DNA from: Malacoraja senta
Lineage: Eukaryota
NCBI GenBank assembly: GCA_038087875.1
Contig: CM075977.1
Span: 152,148,001-152,212,000 of the forward strand
Direction of reading: 5' to 3'
DNA length: 64,000 bases
In this document: positions 50,150-63,627 of the stretch, piece by piece
Layout of the letters: every line of letters begins with the position of its first letter
Numbering within the stretch: the first letter of the stretch is position 1
Made by a program: the position numbers and the translations under genes
The notes under the pieces: generated by a model
What the model was told of the DNA's origin: nothing
The model's input: only the letters and a program-made list of their open reading frames with translations
Database searches by the model: none

Positions 50150-50905
50150 GTTACTGAGTCATTCAGCATGTAAACAGGCCATCGGTCACTATTTGTCCAT
50201 GCTGATCAAGATGTCCCATCTGCACTAATCCAATTTGCCTGTGAGTGGCCCTTGTCGCTCTGAACATTTCCCATCCAGGCACCTGTCCAGATGTCTTTTC
50301 AATATTGTTATGGCATCTGCATCAACTATCTCATCTGGCAGCTTGTTCCATATACTCACCACCCTCTGTTTGAAAATGTATCCCCTCTATATCTATTTCC
50401 CTCATGATTTTATACACCTCTATAAGATCACCTCGCAACCTCCTACGCTCCAAGGAATAAAATCCTAGCCTGCCCAATCACTCCCTATTGATCAGGCCCT
50501 CGAGTTATAGCAACATCCTCATATATCTTCTCTGCACTCTTTCTAGCTTACTGGCATCCTCACATCGCAGGGCGACAGAAAGTGAACACAATATTCCATT
50601 TGTGGCCTCAACATTGTATTGTACAACTGTAGCATAACCTCCCAACTTCTATTCTCAATACCCTGATTGATGGAGGCTAATTTACCAAAAGCCTTCTTGA
50701 CCACCCTATCTACCCGTGACACCACTTTCAGGGAACTATGTACCTGTACTCCTAGATCGCTCTGGTCTGCATCAAGGCCCCACCATTCATTGTGAAGGTC
50801 CTGCCCTAATTTGACATCTCAAAATGCAACACCTTGCACTTACCTGCACTGGAGCTGTTGGTCATTCCTCAACCCGCTTGCCCACCTAATCAAGATGTTG
50901 TGGAC
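50150..50905 (-). mobile_element. CR1 3' fragment
   Basis: VDRVVKKAFGKLASINQGIENRSWEVMLQLYNTMLRPQMEYCVHF. Confidence 0.85.
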
Positions 50906-50949
50906 GTTAGGCCAATATATAAACTTCCGCAAAGCATGATTGGCAAAGA

Positions 50950-51228
50950 TCAACCCAGGTTCGATCCTGACTATGGGTGTTGTCTGTACGGAGTTTGTAC
51001 TTTCTCCGCGTGACCTGCGTGGGTTTTCTCCGAGATCTTTGGTTTCCTCCCACACTCCAAAGACGTACCGGTTTGCAGGTTAATTGGCTTGGTATAAATG
51101 TAAATTATCCCTAGTGTGTGTAGGATAGTGTTAGTATGTGGGGATTGCTGGTTGGTGCGGACTCGGAGGGCCTAAGGCCTGTTTCCGCGCCGTATCTCTA
51201 AACTAAACTAAACTAAATTAAAAAACTA
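50950..51228 (+). mobile_element. tRNA-derived SINE (HE1/V-SINE-like), 5'-truncated
   Basis: B-box ggttcgatcc; core gtttgtac.ttctcc...gtgggtttt...ggtttcctcccaca.tccaaagac; (taaac)n tail. Confidence 0.8.
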
Positions 51229-51693
51229 AAAGAACATGGGAGACATAAGCAGACATAACCCAAGACCAAATTATCACCAAGAAGAGGACACTGAAACTAG
51301 CTCTCAGAGATGAGCAGTTACCCTCAGAGTGAACATGGCCAGTTCCTCTAGATTGGGTAACATCTGGGACATCATCCCTGTGATAGTTGCTAAACTGTAC
51401 AAATTTGTGGAAGTGTTTAAGTTAAGTAGTGAGTAGTAATAAAGTATATTTGAGCTGAGTAAGTGCGCCTTTGTCCAATATTTTAGTTAACCAGATAAGT
51501 GGGGTCACCGTGTACATTTGGTTTGGTTTAAAGTAGCATTTTATGCTTGTGTTTCGCTGTTATTATCAGCTTGGCCATCTTTGAAAAGCCTTTTGTCTCT
51601 CAAATATTGCTATCAAGTGAGGGGAGTTGTCAATTTGTGTAGCAGTTGTTTAAATCCAGGATTATTAACCAAATCCTTGTTTGTTTTTTATAG

Positions 51694-51747
51694 CTGAATT
51701 CCAAGCCCTGTGCAGCAGCGGAATTGGTATCACTGCAGATGGAAGAG
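51694..51747 (+). CDS. FBN3: Fibrillin exon, TB2 second part (exon-17 equivalent)
   Basis: tatag|...|gtatag; 54 bp; AEFQALCSSGIGITADGR. Confidence 0.9.
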
Positions 51748-52149
51748 GTATAGCAGGAAACATTTGTGTATCAAATTAGAATCAATTCCTGCTCTCTTTT
51801 ATCTCCATCTTTGTAATTCTGCATCCTGTTTTCTTTTCAATTGTTGTTTCTGAATTTGGACACCTCATGTTTTCATGTTCATCCCAAAGAGAAGTTGTCT
51901 ATCTTTTTAGTTAACATAAGAAATATTCTCTTTCCCTGATATTCATTGTTGGTCAGTGGAACTTCTATCCCGTTGCTAAAGCTGAAGTTTCCAAATCGAA
52001 CCATAATTGTTTAGTTATGTAACAGCTAAAAGTTGATGCTTCATTAAATGGGCTGATTTGGAAGCCCAAATCAATCCTCAAGGTACAAGAATCCAACCCA
52101 GCTGTGTTGCTAGACCCCATGTGGATTCCTGCACCTTAGATCTTGCACA

Positions 52150-52530
52150 GATAGAGTCATAGAGCTGAACAGAAGGAAACAGGCCCACCTAATCCATGCT
52201 GACCAAGTTGGCATTTTGGGCTAGTTCTAGTTGTCTGTCCATAACCCTCTAAACTCATCCTGTGCATATATCGATCCAAATGTTTTTGACAAGTAGTAAT
52301 TGTATGCCGTTCCATAGCTTCCTCTGGCAGCTCTTTCCAGATACATACTACCCTCTGAGTGAAAAAAGCTGCTCCTGAGGGCCCTCTTAAATCTCTCCCC
52401 TCGCATCTTAAGTCTATGCCCTTCAGTTTCTGAATCCTCTACCTTGGCGGGAAAAAGCTGTAATTGTGCACCTTATCCATGCACCTCATGATCTTGTACA
52501 CTTCAATAAGTTCACCCCTCACCCTAAATA
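52150..52530 (-). mobile_element. CR1 3' end
   Basis: atagagtcatagag tail and CR1 3' ORF2/UTR motifs. Confidence 0.7.
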
Positions 52531-53867
52531 AATAAACGCACCCACCACCCCCAGAAACGACCTGCCCCCCCCCTGTGACAAATGATTATAGACAGCCTCA
52601 GTGGCCTGCCTCACAAACCCCTCCCTCAGAATCTCATTCCTGCCTGAGTCTTATCTGTTATGCTTCAAGCAATTTGCATGAACAAAGATTGCGGAAAAAG
52701 GCTTTATTTTGTATGAGATTTGTTCAGTCATACTAGATACTGGACGATGTTTAGTGCACATTTTACGGGGGCATCTGTTTACAAGTGGATCTGTAGAGTG
52801 TTTAACCATAGTGCAGTTAAATGAGACAAGCATTATTTCTTATCATGTGTTTGTAAATTCTACAAATTGCGGATTAGTACCCTATTTCAAAATACTAAGA
52901 TCTTCACAAACCTGGTGGCAATGCAAACATGCGGTCTGTTACTACCATACAGATCTAAAGGCCCGAGGCTCCATCTTCAGGTCATGCAGAGTTAGCAAAT
53001 TTGAACTGAAACGGAATGCAGGCTCTATAATTAGGTTCAGTGACTGTGGAAACATTCTGTGCTTTTTACCACTTCCTACCATGTGGGTCCAGTGGTGGCC
53101 AATAATTCAATCAATTTACCATTTAATTGAACATTGTGCTTTTACAGTAATATGCTGAGCTACTGGGCTGCACACAGTGAAAATATTGATGCAGAGGTTT
53201 TGTGATAATTGTGTTGCATGCTGACAGCATCAAAGTGCCTGCAGTCGAAGGCTGTGGTCCCATTGACTTTGGGATATTAATATCACTACAATTTATACTG
53301 TGGGCTTGCCAGCATGAAAGGTTATGGAAGTTGTGGTTCTTAAAATATTTGTCAACTCGTTTGCCTTTCATTGTAAGAGCTTTATAATCTACTCAAAACA
53401 AACTTTAAAGCTGATTTTCACAAATGCAGTGTTGCCTCAGATTTCATGGGAATTCAGTGGCACTAGATGTCAGCTTTGTCTTTCCACAGAAGCTGCCTGA
53501 CTTGTTGAATGTTTCAGTGTTCCTCTGTTTTCATTTTAGATTTCCAATAGCTGTAGGTTTTTTAAAACTTTCATTGGGGGACAATCATTGTAGTAGGCAT
53601 GTGCATGTAGAATAATTAATACGATTCATATCAGTAAATTGTAGAAATAATGAACAGGAAATTTAAGTTCCTGGACTTTTGATTCTCTAAATGCACAACC
53701 TGCATTAAGGGTTTTCACAGGAACACCAGATATTCAAATTAATCTTGTGGTTCATGTTTAGAAACCCATATCACCTTATCATAATTAAAATTCTCTGAAC
53801 ACATTTAAACAAAAATCTGTTACCTTAGTAAGGAACATTTATTTGTGCTTTTTTGTTTGGTGAATAG

Positions 53868-53993
53868 ACATTAATGAATGTGCTCTGGATCCGGATATCT
53901 GCCCCAATGGAATATGTGAAAATCTTCGGGCCAGCTACCGCTGTATCTGTAACATTGGTTATGAGTCAGACATTAGTGGAAAGAATTGTGTGG
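53868..53993 (+). CDS. FBN3: Fibrillin exon, cbEGF7 (exon-18 equivalent)
   Basis: aatag|...|gtaagt; 126 bp; [42 protein letters not shown]. Confidence 0.93.
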
Positions 53994-56401
53994 GTAAGTA
54001 TGACAATGGATGTTTATTTTTGAGTGATATAGCAAATTTCACATTTTCGCTTTGCTTTCTGCTTCCTTTAAGAAAACTGATCTCTCAAAGCAGTGTTTGA
54101 GCACCAAAACCAAATGAATTACATTTACTGAAGATTATTCCAATTGTAACTTAGTTCCTTTGTTCACATTTTTTTTAGATTAGTGAAGATGAAAATGAAC
54201 CAGAACTCGCCTTACAAATCTGATAAATTTGATGAGCTGATTACGTTGAAGTTTAAAAAAAAATCATATTCACACCTCCTTCACCAACCAGTCATCTTAC
54301 TGTATTATTAGCTTGCTTCACCTGCTAAACTCTCAGTAACCACACTGTCACTTTCTAGAATAGGGAACTCACTGAATGCTGGCTGCCAGTGATGCCAAAC
54401 GACCAAATGAAATGGTGTGATTTTTTTTGTGTGTATTTAAAATTTGATAACGTTGAAAAAGATTTTATCCTAGTCTTAAAATGAATATGCTATCAGAGCA
54501 TCTTAGACCAGACATAAATTGGTACATGGTCAGCTGAGCTACCAGCACGGCTGTTGTACCATGGTTGAATGCTGGGCGGTCCTTATGAATTGTGTATTCC
54601 CAGAGTTGTCTTTGAGCTGCTGGAAGTTTATTCTTTTAGCTTAGAAGATGCTAGGATAGGGTGACCACAAGTTCTGATAGACAAAAGAAATAACAGAGTC
54701 ATTAAATATTATTTACAGATTTAAATTCAGAAAACTTCACATCTTGTTTTTGAGAAGAAAGGTCACCTTTAGTAATTTAACTGGAGTTATTTTTGATAGC
54801 ACATTTCTATGTAATGAGGTAAGGGAAGCTTTACTAAAAGGTTTTTCTTCCCCTGTGCATGTTCAACTCAAAGGAATTCTACATCTGTTTACCATGGAGT
54901 CTTGTGAGCCAAAGATCATTTGTGCTTTTGGCAAAAAAAAAATCATTTCCACTCACATTTGTAAGAAATGTTGTTTCTTCTAATGTTTCTCAAACTTTGC
55001 CTTTCTTTTTGTATTTGTTTAATGCACTGCACAGTGAGGCAGCTGCCAATGTGAAAATAGCCAGCATGCTGTAATGTCTACTACATGATTACAAGGGTAC
55101 AGGGTATTTTGTTGACTTTTGAAATCAGAGACTTGCAAGTTTCCTCTCGGTTTAACCCTTTCACAGGCATATCCCATGACTTAAGTCACTGAAAGAACTC
55201 CAATAGTTTTGTGGCCATTTTTGTGAGATGTGTTATACCAGTCTTCTTCCAAATCCAGTGACTTTGGCTATGAATGATAAAGCGCTGTAGTTTTCTGCAA
55301 AGAAATAGTAAAATATAGGTAGAATTTTTTTTTTTTTTAAACAGCAATCTGATTCTTCTGTTTGAAGATCATAGTGTGATATTATTCATTTTTTTAATCA
55401 TTATCATGCCCAAAAAGCCCTACCTTAGTGCTGATGTTGCTGTTATTACTTTGCTGCCTATGTTTCTCCTTGTGGAAACTGGTGATACAATTGTTTATTT
55501 GACTGCTAGATGACAATTCCGTGAAAGTGCTTGGAGCAATGTATTTTATTAAGGATGCTTTCTCTATGCAAACTGCTGTTCTCCTTTCTGATTATTCAAT
55601 TTAAACATTGCAATGAAGTAGAATAATCCATCTCAATGGCAGTTCAGACTGGCAGTCTCACACTCTCTAAAATCAATGTCCAGGGATTTTTGGTTCAGTA
55701 AAAAGGTCATTAGTCACATTCTAGTGGAAAATTAATGACAGTCCTTTCTTCATATTATTTTTTTTCTTGATTGAAGTTTATCTGTGGTATGTAGTGGGAG
55801 TGTTATTTTTGTATTCAGTGTAACATTGATGCCATGGTTATTGAAACTACCAAAGGGGATGTTCTGTGAGTCATTTTATACAATGTACACGACGTGACCT
55901 CAGTCATTTTATATCATGTACTTCTGTGAGTCATTTTATATCATGGCTTTCATAATATTCTTGGAAACAAGTTATCTGTTTCATATTGTACATGGTGTCA
56001 TATAACTTGGCAATCATGATAGTACTCAGTACAATTAGTGGAATAATTGGCTTTGGCATCTGAGCATTATACCCTGAAGAGGATTAAATCTTCTATTAAC
56101 TTTCTTTCTCTTTAGAATATATTACTCAAGCTTCAAATTGTAGCATGATTATAGCACATCACAATGAGCAGCAAGCAATTATGTACGATTCTCAGTGTAA
56201 CCGCAATTGTTAAATAATACATAAACTACAGAAATTTGCTGTGATTAAAAAAACTTATGCTACTAATAGTAACGAAGCCAAATAGGAGAGTAAATAACCT
56301 TTATATGCATTTGTGAGAAATAATTCTGTTATGAAATTCTCTAATTCTTATGTGAATACCTCCTTCTCTCTGTGATGTTATTTTTTAAATTGCTCTTCTA
56401 G

Positions 56402-56527
56402 ACATTGACGAATGCGCAGATAACAGGCTCCTGTGTGATAATGGGCTATGCCGGAACACACCTGGTGGCTACACCTGCAGTTGCCCAAAGGGTTACCTCT
56501 TCAAACCAGACTCCGAAACATGTGAAG
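56402..56527 (+). CDS. FBN3: Fibrillin exon, cbEGF8 (exon-19 equivalent)
   Basis: tctag|...|gtgaat; 126 bp; [42 protein letters not shown]. Confidence 0.93.
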
Positions 56528-57419
56528 GTGAATTTGCCCAGTCAAACAAAGAAATGTAATATTTATAGTCATTCAGCATGACAAAATATCAAGCATATTC
56601 TTTACATGGAATATCTGCACAAATTACAAAGATGCTTTTTGTGTTACAGTATCAGCAGGCATTTCAAAATATCAAATGAAGTATTTGAAAACTTGAAGTC
56701 CATGTTTTTGGTTAATTTTTTTTCCAAAAAGATTTTGTTTTGGGCACTTCAAATACTACAGAAAACCATGCAAACAGGCAACAGACCGATCTTAATATGT
56801 GTTTTCATTCCTCTACTAGACTTTTGTTGATTGTGTCTCTTCCACTGGCCATACAAATGACAAAAGGGAATAAAAGGCAACGGAAATTGACCATAACTGC
56901 TCTTAATTATAGGCAGTGAGGAAAGTCACGTCAGTCAGCAATCAAGCCTGACAGATAGATTTTATGTTTTTTCAGTGATGTCACTATCAGTGGTGCATTA
57001 GTACTTTTGCAGTTTAGTCATGTAATTGTCAATTTGTTTGCAAACATAATATTTGAGATGATAAATGTAATTTTTCCATCATTGTCAAACTGTTCTTCAT
57101 CCTCACAGAGAAGCCAGTCATTAAACATTAAAATGTCCCTCTCATTCATTAATGGCTCGTTTTTTAACTGCAACACCTGGTTTTCAGCATTGCCCTTTCA
57201 GACCATGATGCGTTTATATTCCATCCTTGGGTGAATTAGCTGCCTATTGGGTGAATTAGCTGCTTTCAGCCAGCCTAAGCTCCTCAGTGTCACTAGGTGG
57301 ATGCACATTCAGTCAGCATATTGCTTTCAGATTCCGATTGAACATTGTTTCAAGAAATTGCACCTGGTATTGTGCAAAGGATGCATTCAAAATTAGAAAT
57401 TTCTGGGGAGGATTGGAGG

Positions 57420-57790
57420 TTGGGAGGGAAGATCTGATAAAAATTTATAAAATTATGAGAGGCATAGATCGGATAAATAGTCAGTCTTTTTCCCAGGATG
57501 GAAATGTCAAATACTAGCGGGCATAACTTTAGCAAGAGAGGGGGAACGCTTTTTTTAAAGTGAGAGACAAATTTTTACATAGAATGATGGGTACTTGTAA
57601 CATGCTGCCTGAGGAAATGGTAGAAGCAAATACGAGAGCGACATTTGAGAACCATTTAATCAGGCACACATATGTGCAGGGAAGGGGGTGGGGGAAGATA
57701 TGGATCATCTGCAGGCATTAATTTGGCATCTTGGTTGGCACAGACATCATGGGCTGAAGGACCTGTTCCTGTGCTATATCTCACAATCTC
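57420..57790 (+). mobile_element. CR1 3' end
   Basis: REDLIKIYKIMRGIDRINSQS; gggctgaagg...cctgttcctgtgct. Confidence 0.75.
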
Positions 57791-59472
57791 TCATTTCATT
57801 GAGCCTGCCAAGATTCTGAGCTAATTTTAATACATAAAAATGGGCATTAGAGTGAAAGGTAGTGCACAATATGGCCCCACATCAGGAGACAACCCTGTTT
57901 ATGCAATCTTCCTTCACATACATCAGCAACAGTGTGAGCCAAGTATATATTTTTCTATTTTTCTCCATATAAATGGATCCTAAGTACCTGGCTGGCATTC
58001 CTGGCTCCTGCTGCCGCTGCCGCCGCCACAGGGCTGGCAAGTGAGGCATGGTTAAATGCTTGCTGAAAGTTGTTTTGGAGAATGACAATTCATGTTAAAC
58101 TACAGCTCCAAAGTTAATCAACTTCTGGAGAACCGGAAGTTATAGACTGGACCTACACTCAAAATACTGAATAGAATATTGTTGTAACTGACAGATGCTG
58201 TTTGTTTTCTTAAGAATTTTCTCAATCTCCTCAAAACCTTGTTTCCCATGTGGTTGACTCACTGGAGCTGAATCAGGATGCTGTGGTTTACAGCATTTTT
58301 GTCCGGACAGTAGAAATTCTCCCAAATGGCATAACAGGGCTGATGTAAAACAGGTTTCCCTTAATGTCTATTTCCAGGTTATCCAGCATTTTGTAAGTGG
58401 TAAACCAAAAGGTACTTTCCTTTGTTTCTCTAATGTAACCCACACTTGTAACAAGAGGGCTTATGCAAACACTAAAACCACAAAGTGAATTCCTAATTTG
58501 AAACAGATATATATAGCCATAAGACATGCCTGCCTGAGGAAACTTAGAAACCTCAATCTTGCTGTGGTTCTGAGATTTGGTACACTTGAATGGTAAATGA
58601 TGTTTACGTTTGTTTTTGAGGATTCCAACAGGAACTAAAGCCATTTGTAATTTTCTTAGTTATCTTAATCCTTTGATAAAAGTCTCAGAGCATGCTGAGA
58701 CAGTAGTGCTAATAACTAAATCAAAATCTCTCTTAGGTTATGCTTTTTGTTTGAATCGCCTTTGTTCCACAATCTCAAAACTGCAAGGCTGTCTCGGTTT
58801 TCCATTCTTTTCAAGGTGGAAATTCTCTTGATTATGCCATGTCATTACACATTTTCTCCAGCTGCAACTTCTCTCAGAAATGTTGACTGGTGAATATGAG
58901 AAGCTAGATAATGAAACTCATTTACCTACACTTGAAGTTTAATCATTGAACCTTTTTGTCTTATATTCCCAGTGTGTGGACAATTAAGGGCAATTTTAAA
59001 AATGTCACATTCATGCTCATTGGACAGGTTTTCAGCATAATTTAAAAAAACACAGTAATTATTGACTTGCAAATTTAATGTTTTTTCAAACTTATTCCCT
59101 CTAGAATGAGTTCAGATTATGGCTTACCATTTATAGACAGTCTAATCTGCCAGAATTGATGATAAGCATAATTATTGCTTACACAGTTTTCAGATTAATT
59201 TATCTAAGACACAACATAAAATGCCAAGTAGATCATGAAGTACCACAGTGTTTAAGGGCTCAGATCTCATGTCAGAAAGTATAGATGAGTGTGACCTCCT
59301 CCCGTTACAATGATAGACCATTTGTTTTCACTTAAAACACAATGCCATTTGAAAATTAACTAGCTTAGATAGTTGAGCTTTGCTTTACAATATATTTCCC
59401 TTTATTGTTTGTAGAAGTACTGATGCTGCCAATTGGTAACCTTATTTAAAAATGGCTATTCTGTTTCCCCAG

Positions 59473-59592
59473 ATGTGAATGAATGTGAGAACAGTCCTTG
59501 TGTTAACGGAGAATGCAGGAATACAGCAGGTTCATTCTCCTGTGAGTGCTCCACTGGTAGCAAACTGGATTCAAGCAGAACTGTCTGCATTG
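59473..59592 (+). CDS. FBN3: Fibrillin exon, cbEGF9 (exon-20 equivalent)
   Basis: cccag|...|gtaagg; 120 bp; DVNECENSPCVNGECRNTAGSFSCECSTGSKLDSSRTVCI. Confidence 0.93.
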
Positions 59593-60104
59593 GTAAGGCA
59601 GAAAATTTCACTTTTTGTTCAATAACAAAACTTGTAGGATTCTAGACCTGATAAAACAAATATTTCATTCAAGCCCTTTTTAAAACAGCATGGTGCTGCT
59701 TTGCTTCTCAAATAATTTAATTGAAATGTCTCATGATAGAAGTAATTAAACTACTCTTGTCTAGCACTGATGTATACAGTATTTAAACATTACACCACCA
59801 TCAGACCGTTATTCTTCCATGGCTACTATTGACAAATTTCAATATTTCATGAATCTCATATTCTTTGATATATCAGATCTTCAAATTAATTTAAATGATC
59901 TGTCTGGGGGAATTGGTTTGGACCCTTATTTTATGATGTTAACTTGAAATTAAACAAATTCATCAGATTTATGTTTTAGAAATCAATTAATGATTCTGGT
60001 CATATCCAACGAAGGAGAAAATTTTCACTGGTAATGATTATCTATCATTTCAATGCCCTGTGTAGTCCGATTTATTTTCTTGAATACGTCCTCGGTTGTG
60101 CACA

Positions 60105-60345
60105 TTGAGAACCTAAAACAGAATAGTACCACAAAGGAACAGGTCCTACAATCTCTGCGCTGAACTATGGTCCTTCGCTTCATAGATGCTGCCTCGCCCG
60201 CTGGGTTTCTCCAGCTTTTTTTGTCTACCTACAATACCAAATTAAATTCCTTTGCCTGCATATCTTTCCATTCCTTGCATATCCATTTGCCTCTTAAACC
60301 CCACACAATTTTCTCTGCTTCCACCACAACCTCTGGCAATCTTTT
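60105..60345 (-). mobile_element. CR1 3' fragment with an internal + strand PLE tail (~60170-60230)
   Basis: ccttcgcttcatagatgctgcctcgcccgctgggtttctccagc matches the 49600-49650 tail. Confidence 0.6.
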
Positions 60346-62087
60346 TGAGATAGTCTTTGGAATAATTGACTCCACATAGATGAGAGTCGTTTCACATAGG
60401 CACAACTCTGAAACTCATTAGAAGGGTGGTCTTTCTTATTTTTTTCCTTCTGCACAGAAAGCCAAACATGTCATTATATGAATGTCTGGAATACATTTAA
60501 AGCTGACTCAGATTGTATTGCCAGATCACAATGGATCTTTTAGAAGCTCCAGGTACTGTTTTAAATATAGTCAGGCAATTCTCAGCACAATGATGCAGTG
60601 TATTAAAATACCAATCCACTAAAATTAAATTATAAAATCTTTGATAACTACTTCATGGGACAGAAACACCAAAGATTAGGAATAGGATAACCTAACTTCA
60701 TAAAAGCGGATAAAGCAGCCAAAGGCTTATAGAAATCTGAGAAGAGTAATTAAGCTGAAACATTAACTTTGTTTCTCTCCCCATGGAATGCTGCCTGACC
60801 TGCTGGATATTTCCATCATATTCTAATTTTATTTCAGTGGCTTCTAGACTCCTTTGTCTCCCTTCATAAAAAAATTAAGAAAATCTAGCTGAGTTTGGAC
60901 TTTTTTCTAAAATCATTATATTACCAAAGGAGGCTATTCATTCTATTGAGTCCATGCCAGTTCTTTGTTGTCAAGCCAATCAGTCCCATTCCCCTACTCT
61001 GTCCTTGCAATATAACAAATTATTTTCCCTCGAGGCCTATCCAATTCCCTTTCGAAAACCTGATTGAATTGCTGCTACCACTCTTACAGACAGTTTCGGA
61101 CCATATTTCTGAGTTTTAAAAAGTTGATTACATCCCCATTTCTTTTGCCCATCATATCACATGTGTGTTCTATCTTCCATCTGCAAATGCAAACAGTGTC
61201 TCACTGTTAACTCCTTTTGCATTCACTTCTCAACTCTGTTAACTCCAGGTTATCCCTTGTAACACTGTAGCTGAACTGTTTCATCCATGGCATCATTTCA
61301 GAAAATCCTCTGAGTACTGTGATAAGAACAAAAACATTTACAATTATAAAAACGTACTGGCAATTGAATATTTCAGAATTTTAAAATGAAGGCTACTTCC
61401 ATAAACTCATTTCTTGGATTATAATAACAACCATTTGAAATCATTCTTTGTGCTTTTGGCACAATCTCAAAGTGCTTAAGTTTGAGTTTACTCTGATGCC
61501 CATGCTAATACATTTTCTGTCGGCCTTTTACATGCTTCCTATATGATGGTGATCACAACTGAGTATGATACTGCAGGGGCAGGCTATGAGGCAATTGCAG
61601 GGAGGGAAAAAAAGAAAGCCTGAATATTACTTTAAGATAAGGCAAGAAAGACAAAACAGATGAAATAAGTAGAGTTAAAATATGAAATCATTAACTGAAT
61701 TGTCACCAATGTTATACTAGTTGATAGCTTTGCTGTTGAGGGAAGTTGATAACCAGAAACTTTATACTTCCCAGAGAAGTATGTTTGAGTCTGTCTTGTG
61801 CAGTTCCTTGTGGTTAAATTACAAACGGCTGGGAAAGCTCAGTGATCCTTATACAAACAAGCCTTTATGAAAAAACAATTCTTCAGATTAAGACAGGGCC
61901 AGCCCAGAAATATTGCAAACACATATATTGCCAGAAGAGCAACATAGCCTCATCCTAAACTCTGGGAAAGCTATGTTAAGTACCCACTTATACATGGGTT
62001 CAAGTGCAGGACATTCTGAGATATTTGTCAGTAGAAAGTTCTCAAGATTTCTTGTAATTATTTGGATTTTCTCACAATTTCCAACAG

Positions 62088-62225
62088 ACAGCGTGAAAGG
62101 AACTTGTTGGTTGAACATTCAAAACAGTCGTTGTGAAGTAAACATCAATGGAGCAACGTTGAAGTCACAATGTTGTGCTACGCTGGGAGCTGCATGGGGA
62201 AGTCCTTGTGAGCGCTGTGAACTAG
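62088..62225 (+). CDS. FBN3: Fibrillin exon, hybrid domain 2 first part (exon-21 equivalent)
   Basis: aacag|...|gtacga; 138 bp; [46 protein letters not shown]. Confidence 0.93.
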
Positions 62226-62540
62226 GTACGAAAAACAATGGATTAGAGCAAAGGCATTTACTGTATTGAAAATATGAAAATTGAATTGTGTAAGATTTAT
62301 AAATTGAAGAATAATAATTTGGAATTAATCTTTGTATTTTGGCACCATACCATTGAGTCATATTCCTATGCCCTCTGATCTCAGACTTCTCTGTCGTGGA
62401 GAAAAGACTTTTTACAATTCACCTTAATAATTTTACAATTCACCTTCTTAATAAACCTTTACATGATAACCCCTCAGCCACCTCTGCTCCAGAAAATAAA
62501 AATCCACTCTCCTTAACTCATACCCTACAGACCCAGTAAG

Positions 62541-62840
62541 TAGGTATGTTACAAAACTTACCTTCAGTTGCGCTGCAGTTCTGTCGATGGCCGTGCACGC
62601 GACTTTGGCGCCTTTGAGGGGGGGCGGGGTTAAAATGCATTTTTTCTCCTACCTGTCCTGGATATATTTTCTCGGAGTGCAAGCTTTTGCTGAAGATTTG
62701 TTCCGACTGCCGGTCTGTGAATTTTTTTTTTTTTTAATCGCCCGACAATTTCAGCGCTGGAGTAAAATAAAAATCAGCTTCTAATGCCGTGAACACCAAC
62801 AACGGGGACGGATTTCACGCACGGGACAGGTAAAGGAAAG
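62541..62840. mobile_element. Partial second copy of the 7-bp-TSD TIR element
   Basis: Reverse-complement match to ~10390-10691, starting at terminus taggtatgttacaa. Confidence 0.8.
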
Positions 62841-62908
62841 CCGTGCGTGAAATCCGTCCCCGTTGTCGGCGTTCACGGCATTAGAAGCTGATTTAGTTCC
62901 TTACAGAG

Positions 62909-63418
62909 TTCCTTACAGAGGCCCGAGAGCCGTTGGAGCGGTCGCAGAGGGAGGAGCTACACCCGAGCGGTAGGAGATAAAGTGGAGCGCGGGGCTTGCT
63001 TGTTCCTTACAGAGGCCCGAGAGCCGTTGGAGCGGTCGCAGAGGGAGGAGCTACACCCGAGCGGTAGGAGATAAAGTGGAGCGCGGGGCTTGCTTGTTCC
63101 TTACAGAGGCCCGAGAGCCGTTGGAGCGGTCGCAGAGGGAGGAGCTACACCCGAGCGGTAGGAGATAAAGTGGAGCACGGGGCTTGCTTCTTACAGAGGC
63201 CCGAGAGCCGTTGGAGCGGTCGCAGAGGGAGGAGCTACACCCGAGCGGTAGGAGATAAAGTGGAGCGCGGGGCTTGCTTCTTACAGAGCCCCGAGAGCCG
63301 TTGGAGCGGTCGCAGAGGGAGGAGCTACACCCGAGCGGTAGGGGATAAAGTGGAGCGCGGGGCTTGCTTGTTCCTTACAGAGGCCCGAGAGCCGTTGGAG
63401 CGGTCGCAGAGGGAGGAG
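62909..63418 (+). repeat. Tandem array of ~5.5 GC-rich 94/90-bp monomers
   Basis: Unit ttccttacagaggcccgagagccgttggagcggtcgcagagggaggagctacacccgagcggtaggagataaagtggagcgcggggcttgcttg; spacings 94, 94, 90, 90, 94. Confidence 0.95.
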
Positions 63419-63627
63419 GGGCCAAAATCTGTAACGTTCCAAGTGCCACTTCAAAAACAAGTGGGCTTGAGGAAGCCGCTGATTGGTGGAAGCAGACAAG
63501 AGGGAGCAGCTGATTGGGAGTCAGATCCCTGCTGATTGTACTGTATTGTAGCAGTTTGTTTTGTATTGTAGCAGTTTGTTTTGTATTGTAGCAGTTTATT
63601 TTCTATTGTATCCCAGGTAAGGGGAGT

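Noticed and set aside
50956-50975. tRNA gene
   Set aside because: Only a B-box/T-arm is present, followed by a SINE core and tail.
52709-53158. 149-aa ORF and the many other 60-160 aa intronic ORFs
   Set aside because: No domain signatures; they are expected by chance or are antisense/alternate frames of exons and repeats.
55862-55947. Short degenerate tandem repeat (gtcattttata units); similar small duplications near 20845, 57227 and 62410
   Set aside because: Ordinary local slippage duplications with no further structure.
57985-58055. GC-rich patch with a CATTCC motif as an enhancer
   Set aside because: A single short motif cannot be supported without conservation data.
62909-63418. CRISPR-like array
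   Set aside because: The units are contiguous with no unique spacers, the context is eukaryotic, and there are no cas genes.
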